NCBI RefSeq assembly: GCF_003704095.1
Contig: NW_020846086.1
Span: 558,001 to 622,000, forward strand
Direction: 5' to 3'
Source: Pocillopora damicornis
Taxonomy: Eukaryota
DNA length: 64,000 bases
Positions 26,277 to 38,000 of this stretch are shown in pieces. The position numbers and the translations under genes were made by a program. The notes under the pieces were generated by a model. That model was not told the DNA's origin and ran no database searches. It worked only from the letters and a program-made list of their open reading frames with translations. Within the stretch, counting starts at the first letter, position 1. Each line of letters opens with the position of its first letter.

Positions 26277-28598
26277 TCCTTGGTGCCTTTTGTAAAAACG
26301 TGTTGCGGTCTGCAGCTATTTTTCTCATCATTGTAACCCGACCTACTTGCACGGCGGAGGACTTGGTACAAATTGCTAGATGTAATAGATACTTTTAAAT
26401 TTGGAACTCAGAATGTAGAGGGAATTAATAAAACACGACAAGCTGTGAATAATGGAGGATATTATAGAGTAGATTGAAGATACTTATTAAAATACTCGAT
26501 TTTAGTTAGGGGTTAGTGGTTTAGAGGTTTGATACTTTCAACGAGTTTAGGATTATTAATTTAGGACTTTGACCTATGTTGCTCTAGAATCAGACACTCA
26601 TCCTAAAAAAGTTGTTGATTTGCATTTAGCGCAGCACTTTAAGATGTCTAGTTTCTCGCAGTATTTAATTCTCATATAAAGCTGTGTACAAATAGATAGT
26701 TTGTAAAACAAGAACTAGAATAAAAGTTATCTACATTTAACATGAAAACAAATCCATTCTTTGAGTACTGAGAATGTCTCAAGATCATGGCGTTTCAAAA
26801 TCTGTAAATGGGAAAACTGAAGGTTACTGATCCGAATCGTTAAACATACAGTCTAAGATAACATGTGGCTACTGATATAGCTCAATTTTTATAACATCGA
26901 AAAGAACTAGAAGTTTTCTGATGTCGCTAGATGGTAGTGTTGAAGAATATTTATGTCACATTCAAAGCAGAAAACCTTCCGCATCCCTCATATACACATA
27001 TTGATGAGTGGCCTGTCACACAAGAGAAAGATGATCCAAGAATATAGTGACTAATTGACATGCAACTAATGATTCAATGATAACAAACAATCATATTAAC
27101 AATAACAATAAAAATGATAACCATAGTAATAGTAATAATAATTTAGAGGGGCTATTTTAAGAACCTCACTATTCCTCTATTCTCAAAGCCCCAATAATGA
27201 TTAAGCTACGATTCTTTAATTTTGCCTGTCAACTATAAATTATTTCTGATTTCATAACAACTCCATTTTTGTAAAACTTTTGTTTCTCACAACAAGACGT
27301 TCCGTGTTTAAGGATATTCTGCAATTTCGCCATCTCGCCATTCTACCGTTCTATCATCTTATTAACTAGAAAAAAAAGAGGAGAAGTCTTGTAACGAAGC
27401 TTTTTGCCGCCGCGTTTAGCATTTAAGTTGTGCGATAAATTATTCGTACGGGAAACTGATGGCTGGAAGATCAATTTCACCTGGCTGTCGGTAGTTAATT
27501 TCCAAATCGGACATGGTCTATCTATCTTGGTTGTCACGGGGTAATTACCTTTTCTTAAAGTGCATACTATGTGCGTTTTTTTTTCTCAATCTCTTTTACA
27601 AGAAGACGGACTAAGTACTGGAAAGCAACAGACTCAAAAAGGTTGGACGATACACGGCTGTGCCTCGTATAAGGAATAGGGAAGTTTAAATCCATCCTCA
27701 GTCCCTTAATTCGACATTCAGTGTGCTCAATTTTTCTGTAGCAGCCTGATCGAGGGAAGAGAATAACAAGCAAGAATTTTGGTTAAGTTTATTAAAAATA
27801 AAAAAAAAATAGGGAAAATTTGTTATTTACATTGATATTTAACAGGTAACTAAACAATTATGGTTGTTTTATATTTAAATGTTGTCCAATACTCATAATT
27901 TATTGGGTGGTGTTAATATTTAACGTGTCAGTGAGGTAAATTGCTCAAATTTAAGGAATATGGTGCTTTACCTCAAATTATGCGGCGAAGAATAGAGTCA
28001 TTATCACCATGGACGACCCTGATGACAACGTGAGGCGTTGCGTGAGTACCGCACTAAAATGTTTTATGTTCTGACTGACAGAATTTGTACGGTAAGGTCA
28101 GTTCACTGGATTGATTTTGTCAATCGTTCAAACTCATTTTTCCATATGTGTCACTTTTACGTGAAAAAACAGTTGAATATTTCGCACATCCTAAATGAGC
28201 ATTTAGCAGGCGATCGTTTAGAAGCTAATTGCAATTACTTACCGTAAAATAACTATGATGTTCACCTGAATATACTTATGAGGACTATTTGAGACTCGGA
28301 AGTTTTGATTTTAAAATGAGCATTCCAGCTCTCCCAGACTGTGTAGGAAAAACAATCTGAGAACCGATCAGTTTCCAGGATCTCGTATGTTACACTAAAA
28401 TTGATACAGACGACAAACTACTTTCCATGATCTCAAGAGTGAAAACAGACTAAACTAAAGGAAACTTTGCAGTTTTTCAGTCGAAAGCCTGGCGCAAAAG
28501 CCTCTGATTATCACTGCAGCAATCTATTTTAGTACTGTAACTGAACCTATGTCAATACAGGTCGATCTGCAAGGCGAACAAACGAAAAGTCCGTCGAT

Positions 28599-29717
28599 AT
28601 GGAAGTGAAAGATCTTACGTGGTACAGTCCTTTCGTGTTCTCAGCTGGAGCTATTTTAAGTTTTGTTGATCCCATCACCGACATACTTACATTGGTAGAA
28701 TTCTACCGCGCGGATCACAAAATATGGTTTGGTGTGGGGCTTACTTTTGTTTTATTGCCATGTTTGGCGTTTCCAGCGTTGTTTATCCTGTTTCGTGCCC
28801 AATTAACTGCTTCACCCTCTGGTTGGGCAAAAACTGCTCTTTGTGCATTTCATCCATTTTCAGCAGCCTTCGCGAGAGTAGAAGCTTTTCTTTTCTGTCT
28901 CAAGAAATGGTGGTCTGGAGGTGAAATCAACCCGGTCCGCTCCGTAAAAGCTGACAATGTACTCTATTACATTGACTTTGTTGTGCTCTTTGAGGCAGTC
29001 CTTGAGTCCGCTCCACATTTTATAATTCAGTTGTACGCCATCAGTGTTCAGGAGGAACCAGCTTCAATTATCCAAATCATTTCTCTACCGATCTCTTTCC
29101 TCACTCTGGCATGGGCCTTCACAGCCACCGATAGGAGGTCTCTTGCCATGCGCAAAATAATATCCTGGAGCGGTGACCTGAATGTTAAACACCAACTGGC
29201 ATTGTATGTAACTCACCTACTTCTCCTGAGCAGTCGACTGTTCGCCATCTGTTATTTCACCGTCAGCTACAAGTGGTGGGTTATTGCTGTGTTAATGTTT
29301 CATTCTTGTGTGGTATTAATGGCGAAGTTTATTCAGAATAGAGACAAACTTGAATGTTATGCCTGCTGCGTTTTCTCAACTATATTTTTCATGGGCATTC
29401 ACTGTCTAAGAGACGACTTTGTAGAATTTTCGTCAAAAGTAGCAATAATTGGTCCAACCTTGATTGTGTTTTTGTCACATATTTTGTTTGTATCAGAAAA
29501 CCTTTTTATGATCCTGATGTTTTTTCTCTCTCATCATTCCAACGCTTGGTACTCTTTACCAGTTACTGTTTGTGTTAGTGTGTTCAGTGTTCTTGGCTCC
29601 ACAATGAGAATTTGCTTACTTCGTTGGCTAAGCAAGAAACCTGCCGGCGGTTCACCAGCTGCGAGCAGCGGTGATGTGAATGCATGTGTTGCGAAGTATT
29701 ATGTTAGTTCAGTATAA
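28599..29717 (+). CDS. XK-related protein, 372 aa, copy D
   Basis: Intact ORF; ESAPH replaces the ESAPQ motif; ends YYVSSV. Confidence 0.9.
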   Translation: MEVKDLTWYSPFVFSAGAILSFVDPITDILTLVEFYRADHKIWFGVGLTFVLLPCLAFPALFILFRAQLTASPSGWAKTALCAFHPFSAAFARVEAFLFCLKKWWSGGEINPVRSVKADNVLYYIDFVVLFEAVLESAPHFIIQLYAISVQEEPASIIQIISLPISFLTLAWAFTATDRRSLAMRKIISWSGDLNVKHQLALYVTHLLLLSSRLFAICYFTVSYKWWVIAVLMFHSCVVLMAKFIQNRDKLECYACCVFSTIFFMGIHCLRDDFVEFSSKVAIIGPTLIVFLSHILFVSENLFMILMFFLSHHSNAWYSLPVTVCVSVFSVLGSTMRICLLRWLSKKPAGGSPAASSGDVNACVAKYYVSSV

Positions 29718-30505
29718 TCAAGTCATTCGCTTATATTTAGTCTGTAGCTACTATTTGAATTCGAAGTCCGAAGTTAGGTTTAAGCTATCAAGATGAGTTT
29801 CGAAGTTGTGACTATCTTGTTTAGCTTCCATCACTAAACGTGCGTAGTTGGACTACTGGCCTTGGGAGGCTATTTTTCATTCCATTCCACTATCCCGCTA
29901 CAATGAAAATTTTCATCGCGATCTTGCCTGGTTAAACCTAAGTTGTATTAGCACACCGCCTTATTGAACTAGTGATTGATAAATTAATTATAAAGCTTTT
30001 ACAATACTGACCATGTCCTCTCATTATGGACAAAGGCAAATACTTGCTTAGGGCATATTTAGCCGGCGTACAAGACGGTTGTTCCTCGGTGTGTTTATCG
30101 TATTTATAATTGAAACACTAAATCTGCATCTACGGACGGACCAACCAAAAAAAGCTCATGTTGTGGTTTACAAGGTCAAAGATCGATTCTGTTTATCGAA
30201 AGCATTAAGTGTGTTTTTTTTTTTCATTTTATGAGATTCTTATAAACGAGTTTGGGTCAGCGTTCTGATACCGAATGTTTAATCTTCCAAGGCCAGTTGG
30301 CCAGCACGCGTGCTCATGCCCACCGATAGCAAATAAATAACCATGAACTTTAGAATTTACTTCGCCAAGGTCATTGAGTCAGTAGTTAGTGATCAGTGAG
30401 AAGTCGAAGAGTGAGAATCAAATTGTAAGTCTGTGTATTGACACAGGTTTAGTTACTGAAATAGATTGCTGCACTGTTAGTCAGAGGCTTTTGCGCTCAG
30501 CTTTC

Positions 30506-31031
30506 AGTAGCAGTGACCTAAATGCTAAACCGTCACCAAGTAGCACTGTATGTAACTCATTTACTTGTCCTGAGCAGTCGACTGTTCGCCATCTGTTATT
30601 TCACTGACAGCTACAAGTGGTGGGTTATTGCGGTGTTAATGTTTCATTCTTGTGTGGTAGTAATAGCGACTGTTATTCAGAATAGAGACAAAGTTGACTG
30701 TGATGCCTCTAATGTTTCCTTAGCTATATTGTTTATGGGCATTCACTGTCTAAGAGAATACGACTTAGTAGAATTATCGATAAGTGTAGAAGAAATTGGT
30801 CACCATGAGACCACCATGAGAGTGTTTTCCTCACATATTTTGTTTGTATTAGAAAACTTTTTATGATCGTAATGCTTTATTTCACTTATCACCCCAATAC
30901 AGTTGGTACTCTTTACCTGTGTGTGTGTGAGTTTGTGTGTTCAGTGTTCTTGGCTCTACAATGAGGATTTGTTTACTCTTTCGGCGAAGAGGGAAAACTA
31001 TCGCCGTTTCGCCAGTGGCGAACAGCAGTGA
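30506..31031 (+). pseudogene. XK-related pseudogene 3 (3' half only)
   Basis: HQVALYVTHLLVLSSRLFAICYF...; frameshifts; preceded by an inverted piece of the 5' leader. Confidence 0.85.
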
Positions 31032-32078
31032 GATGACTATAGAAGCAGATTTAAAACAATAGAATGTCACCTCATTTTGTCGTAAATTAAACAAGCGCTA
31101 AAACGGCGACGATGTAAGTTGATACACAGTAGATGTTTATTCATGAGTAATTGTAATGGCAAAAGGAGTAAAATAAACACGTAACAAGTAGCGAATAGTG
31201 GATGGATAAAATAGAGTGCTACGTACTTAATACAATATTCAGTTTTAGTTTGGAGTGAATGGTTTAGAAGTCTGACACTTTTTACGAACTTTCCATAATG
31301 ACTTAAAGATTTGTGCTGATGTTGATCTAGATTTGTTCCCTTCCTCATACTTAGCCAGATATTAACTTGTGTTTGGCTTCGGTGTCCCTTTAAATTGTGT
31401 TACTTCCTGCAGGATTCATTTGGGTTTAAAGCTCTGTAGGAGGCGTCATTTTGTAAAATGAAGAGTTGGAATAAAAGTTAGCGAGGAGAAAAGATTACTT
31501 GGGAAAATTTGTTTGCAATGATATGTTAAAGATAACTGTTTAAATCATGATTGTTGAGAGCAAATGTGGCCAAAAATGAAACATTTTCAAAATATGGTCA
31601 CCCCCCCTCACTCAGAAGTGATTGAGAACGAAAAGCGCACATGTCCTCACAGAATGCTCGTGAATATGTTCAAAGAAACAAAACTGACTCAAAGATTGCT
31701 TATCCTCTCAAAGGGGTTCGTGGAAAATATATTTTGGGTTTCTTGGATACACTCTAAAATTGTTCCGACGAGTTTTCGTCATAAACCTAAGATAAATTTT
31801 CAGTTATTTTATAATACTTGCTGTTGCATTTGAAAGTTTAAGCTCCAAAGTAAGGACAAGAGATCGTTTAAAGCACTCAAGAATTCCCCGAGTTTTTTCC
31901 CTTTTAATTCCGGTGAAAAGTTGGCCGACCTTTACATAAAATGTTCGACGCAAAGTTGAGAGAGCGAAACGAAAACAACGATGACAAGTTTTTCTGCGCA
32001 AGGAATTTATTTCCAAATAAATTGGATCCCAAGAATATGGTGTTAATACAAATATATTGAGATACGACCAATCCAAGG

Positions 32079-35000
32079 CTATCTTCTCTGGACTTTGTTC
32101 ATCTTACGTTTGCCGGCAAACATATGTTTAGGCATTTTGGTAGCGATCTTTCTGTCAGCTTCACCTGTGGAACAAAAACAACGCATGATAATCTGTAACA
32201 GTGTCAAATATTGAATAAGGTTTATTATATTATATATTATTATTTATTATTATAAGGTTTCTGAGACAGAATCTATCAAACATTTGATTGAAAGAGAGTC
32301 TGGATACGGACATCATCGCAACGAACCGCTAGAGTAAGAGAAGGAGATGGGGAATGCGAAAAAGGGACGGAAGAGGAAGAGCGGCCTGGAGGGAAGGAAG
32401 AAAAAAAGAAGACGACGACGGGCAAAAGGATACAGAGGAGGGCGAAACAGTGGACGAAGAACGAAGAAGGACGGGAAGAGTGGGAAAGAGTCGAAGAAAA
32501 AGGGAGAGGCGACGAATAAGGAGGCAAATGGCTGCACACAGTAGCCACTCTAAATGAATCATTTACACTTTCCTGGTGACCACAGGGTTTCCCTAAATAA
32601 AACCGACAGTTATCATGAAAAAAGGCATTTCTTTCGTCCACCAAAATCCTACCTGCTTTGCCCATACGGTTGATGCCTCTTTGAACAACCTTTGACAGTT
32701 TCTTTGCTTTCTTCTTTTTCTATTTTTAAACAAAAAAAGTCAGGAATTAACACGAGAAAACTCTTACACAGTACACTTCAGGGAGCCACAACCTACTTTA
32801 GTTCGAGACGAGATAAAATGTTCAATTATCATGAGGCGTCCTTTCACATTTACCCTTCATTCATCAGCTCGTTTCGTTTGACCAGTGTGCCGCCAATGCA
32901 TGTTTTTTGGCGAGCGTAAGGTCAAAAATGCCTCCGGTTTTAGGTTTAAACCGAAATGCAACTAAACGTTTGAAATACGCTACCTTTTGCGCAAAAAAGT
33001 AGCCTTCTTTTTTACTCACCTTTGGTTCCAAAAAGGTTTAATGCTGAATGTTTTTGCTGTATGTTTTTTTAATGAAATTAATTTCATTTGATTCATCTTA
33101 GTTGTCAAAATATTTTTTAGAAGATTTAACGTAATTTACATGGTGAGTACTTATAAATTACATGTTGTTTGTTCAATCGAAGATAAGTTAACAGCTTTCA
33201 TTACCGTCATCATCAGTAATATTTATCAGTCGAATTTATAGTTCACTTATGCGAGGGAAAACTAATTGAAAGGGACAATGAAAAGTCTGGAGAGTTCAAT
33301 AATCTCGTTATTTTCATCACATGAATATTTCCTTCAACCAAGAAGTACAGAAACTAGAGCGCAAGTGGAACCAGAAAAAGATTGTTAAAACAGTTTCAGC
33401 CTCCCCTTTCGCACAACTTCTCACCTCGGGAGAACTAATGCCTGATTGGTCACGTGGTGGACGTGATAAGCTGCGTGCGCCGTTGCTGGCTGCTCTCTTC
33501 CTTTTACGGCTCATCGGGGTCTGAGAACGAGATCTTTTTTCGGCTACGTCTCCCTGGAAACAACCAACGAATCAATCAAACTACTGTATCTATAGACTAT
33601 TCTATCAATTAAGAGATGCGACCAAAAATAACAATAAACAAACGAAATACTTAAAAGTGAACTGACATTTTCTGGAATGAAAGACGTCGACAATGCATTC
33701 TACCTGTTCTCACTGATACTGCAGAGCAAAACACACATATAAAGGCAAAAACAAAACAAAAACAAGGAATCAAGCAATAAACATCAACAACAACAACAAC
33801 AACAACAGCAACAACTCTGTAGCCCACCTCTTCAATGCCTTCCATCTCTACATCTCCACCAACCTCTTCTGTGATGTTTTTTCTGCTGCGAGCGGCTTGA
33901 GCCTTAACGTAGAGGAAACAAAACAGATATCAGACAGTAGGACACATGTATCTATATGATAAAACTACAAAGAAAATCTAACATAACGCTACGAATGCAA
34001 TCTAAGTGAAAGTAAGAGAGGACCAGCTTGATAGGAAGTTCCCTTTGTTGGTTGGTAATCAATCAGGTTGCAAGACAACTAAAACTCTCTAACTACCTAG
34101 TGCCGTCTAAAATCTTGTGACGGTCCTCGGCAACGACAAAATCGTCGGAGAATTTTAAGTGTGTCATTCAAAATTTTGTAGTTATAATCATAGTATTTCA
34201 AATTAAAGGAGGATTTTTCCACTATCAGATAGGCCGGAAAGAATTTCCCACAGACCTTTGTTAGCAAGATCTATTGACGTCGAAGTATTTGAAAAATATA
34301 TTAAGAGCTTTATCACATATATTAACAACAGTCCATAAGGTTTACTCTGAAAGTTAAAAATGATGAGGAAAATGAGCGCAAACAACAAAATTAGAATGCA
34401 CTGGTCGTTAGCAAAAATCCTGCCGTGTTAAGGTTTTCTTCAGAGAGAAAGCATCAAATAGAAGAGATAATCCACAAATTAAAGTGCAATAAAAGGCCTG
34501 AAAAAACTGACCCTGAAAAAAACCGACCTTCAAAAATGTAGAACGTGGCAACTTCGCCCTGTTGTTTCTCGGTTTCATCTCACGATGTGCTTGGACGATC
34601 AGCTTCTTTTTCTCTCGAATTCTACGAAAAAATATATTAAGAAAATAATCAGAAAAAAAGTATTTTTAAAACTAGACAGGGTTGAATTCGAATCCACAGA
34701 AACTCGAGTCACATGCTAACTCAAACTGATATTATTTCCGAGTATAAGATTACATTTACCCCACACATTTCTTGAGAATTTTACCCTCAAAATTGAATTA
34801 CTTCAAATAACGCGAGGTAATATTTTCCCATCTGATAACTTTCTTCACAGTTTTTCCTTTCAGATAAATCGCCTCGCTAAAGTTTAGTAATTAAGTTTCT
34901 TTTTTGTATTCTTTTCACACCTTAAGTTTCGTTTTCTTGGAAAAACATCTTTCAGTTCTAAGCTTTTTCATAGTTCAACTCTATTCAAATCCATTGCTTG

Positions 35001-38000
35001 AAACTAAATGTATAAATTAAAATTTGTGATCAATACCAATTGTAGTTGTTCCGCCTCCCACAACGTATTTAAATCGATCTGAATCTGTCACCTAATCTCG
35101 CTCAGTGTATTACATGTACTTCTGGATGTATGATAGCATCCACTCATAAAAACGGAGTTACGAATTCGCGTCGATGCATGGCTTATTTGAAGTGAAACAA
35201 TTCCGAAATCATATAAAATGCATGAAGAACAATCTAAGAACTCACTGCTGTGCTGTTTTCCTGATTTCCTCTTGTTCAGGGGTTAGTTCTTCCTGCAAAA
35301 ATAAAAATAAAAAATAATGATAATACATAAAAAATAGGAAAAGAGGGAAAAAGGCAACAGCACAATACCTCTGTAGAGATTTGTCTTCGGTTGTTATGGT
35401 TTCTTCGATTAGAGAATTCTTATTTAGGAGTTAAAGACTGACCGTTATCACAGTAGAGAAGTGTTTCACTAAATACCACTGATTGAATATCCACTGAGTG
35501 AATATCTATAATTATAATCTGTCCGTCACTCACAGGCTCTGAGTCGTAAAGTCCTGCAGCTTCACGCAGCTCTTCCTCTTTCTCCAACTCTTCTAGTTTC
35601 TGCAACAAACGACACAAATTAGTATGTACGTGAAGTAAAAAGTGAAAAAAAAACATTTTTGGAGTGCATGCTCAAATGAAGGAGTGTCACTCTAATAACT
35701 GACCGCGACCTTTGCCTTTTTTTTTGTTCGATACTTTATCCAGGTATCTCGGTATGGAGAAATTTAGGTTTACCACTGCTTCCACCAACATTCATTCTGA
35801 AGTTTCGAGAGCAGTCCTTAATCAAGGCGTTAACCGTTTGCTCATTACTTATTTCAGACTTAAAGCCTTCAACATCGAGTCGACACTTCATATAGAGTAT
35901 TGGGAATCGAGGGTGTCAAAATGTGACACTCGTTTCTCGCGAGTCCAGCGTGTCGACATCCTCCTCACGCGATACTCGTGCCACTTGAAAAAGCAAACTC
36001 TAACAAATAAACTTGTACCTGCACTTTAGTTAAGAATTAAACCTGGTTTCCTCACTAACATATCATCCAAAAATACCACTTAAAATTCACCTTCATAATG
36101 TCTGGGTCGATAAAGTCAGCTACATTCTTTCCTAGGTAGATCTCGGGTATAATGTCATGTTTTTCCTCATCGTTCTTCAAGTCCCAGTGTTGCCGCAAGT
36201 CCATATAATAATATTCTCCCAGTTCGTTCTCAAGATCCTTTGCAAGTTTCCTCTTAGGTTCCGCTCCTTCCACTGACATGGCTTGTCTCTTTTCAAGAAC
36301 AGCCTAAGGGTACAGTTAACCAAACAGTTACAAAAAGTTGGGTTACACCTCGTTGTAAAATACAACGTTTATGCAGCGAATATGGCTAGTCGCACGAGAG
36401 GAGTTACTTCAGGTGCGGATCAAGAAATTACAAGTGAATACTGCTGATATTCTGCCGGCGATGAAGTCGACTTACAGTTATCTTGCTTCGCCTCATGCAG
36501 CGTTATGCTCTACTGCAATTGCTGAGTGATTTTAGCAGCTGTAATTGGCGCATTTATGTTTCCTGAGATAATCGAAATGCGCCAATCACAACTAAATGTA
36601 GGTTTTCGATTGGGAAGATGGGATATACGGTCTATTAAAATATTCATACTACATATGAAAACCACTAGCTTCAGTCTTAGAGACAAAAATTGCAAAAGTA
36701 CGACTCTTGTTTAATTTCATTCAAACTCCTTCGGAATAACAGACCCCTTAACTAGTCAATCGTAAAACAAATCCCGAATCACTATGCTCTTTGTTTTTTA
36801 ATATGCATTTACAATTTTGCATCATGACTATACACAATACAAACATGTAAATGAACTGCTGGAGCACAATTTACAAATAATTTACCTGTGGTATGCATGG
36901 AGGTCTTTCTTTCTGATCTCGCTGGGTTGGCATGGCAACATGAAGTCTGTTCATGACATCCTTAGCTTTTTTACTTTTCATTTTAACCTCAACCCTCTGA
37001 GCCAAGAGCTGATCACATGCCTCAGTTTTGACTGTCATTATTCCTTCCTCACTAACGGTGCTCATGGAAAGAAGTGTCACTCCTAATAAAATAATAATAA
37101 TAATAATAATAATAAAATAAAACAAATAGTAAAACCCACAATAAACTCAACTCAAATGTTGTGCCACTGAGTCCAGGAATCAAACCCAGGCTACAGGAGA
37201 AGGAGATTATCATTCTTGCCACTGTACACTTCTTTTTTTCACACTACATATCACATTGATCAAACTGAAGCTTCAACATTCACCCCCCCCCCCCCCCCCC
37301 TCCAATGCAACCCCACGGCATTTAAACTTTTGAAGATTGGTTTCCCGGGACAAAAATTGCATTCAAATGACCCACTCAGGTACAATTTTTTTCATTGAAT
37401 AATTCTTTGTGTGATCAACTAATGTTGTAGAATTTGGCAGCACTATGTATTAGTTTATTGGTGCATATGTATAGTTGTTTCCTTGTACACTCAATTGGAC
37501 TCTTTATCTCTAAACTTCTCCATAGTTAAAATTAGAACACATGTACCGCTTCAGATTCCTTACCCTACTCAGGCAAGGTTTTAATTTCCCACCCCCAGGG
37601 CACAACAAACAGTCATGCTGAGAAAATCATGAGAAAATCCAACTTCTGTGTGAGAGATTATTCAGCATTAATTGATTTCCAGTTGATTTTTTGCGATAAG
37701 TGACAGATGATTGAACAATAGGATCATATCATATATTTAAAAATGAGAAAGACCAGCGCATGAGACAAGAATGGTGAAAGAGAGAGGGAGACCAAGTTGA
37801 CTTTATAAATAAAACATGAAGTTTTGGCAGATTCTTGGCAGATTCTTAAGTCCCATTTCCGACACAGATGTGCAATGGATTTCAAAGTATTATAAGTAAC
37901 AGACAAGTTTTCATTGGGAGAGATAACCTTGACAAACCTTAATAATGAAGGGTGATCACATGCATGAAGCTGTACATGTGTGTCTACATGGCCACATAAG

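Noticed and set aside
26167-26371. Repetitive ORFs (LDSLLS)n and (SRLSFI)n; superficially CRISPR-like periodicity
   Set aside because: This is a perfect 18-bp minisatellite with no spacers, in eukaryotic DNA.
32276-32665. Cluster of overlapping ORFs (Arg/Lys-rich and Ser/Phe-rich)
   Set aside because: They arise from a purine-rich low-complexity tract inside the last GTPBP4 intron.
36370-36510. Possible intronic snoRNA in GTPBP4
   Set aside because: No convincing RTGATGA box C and no rRNA-complementary guide that I can recognise.
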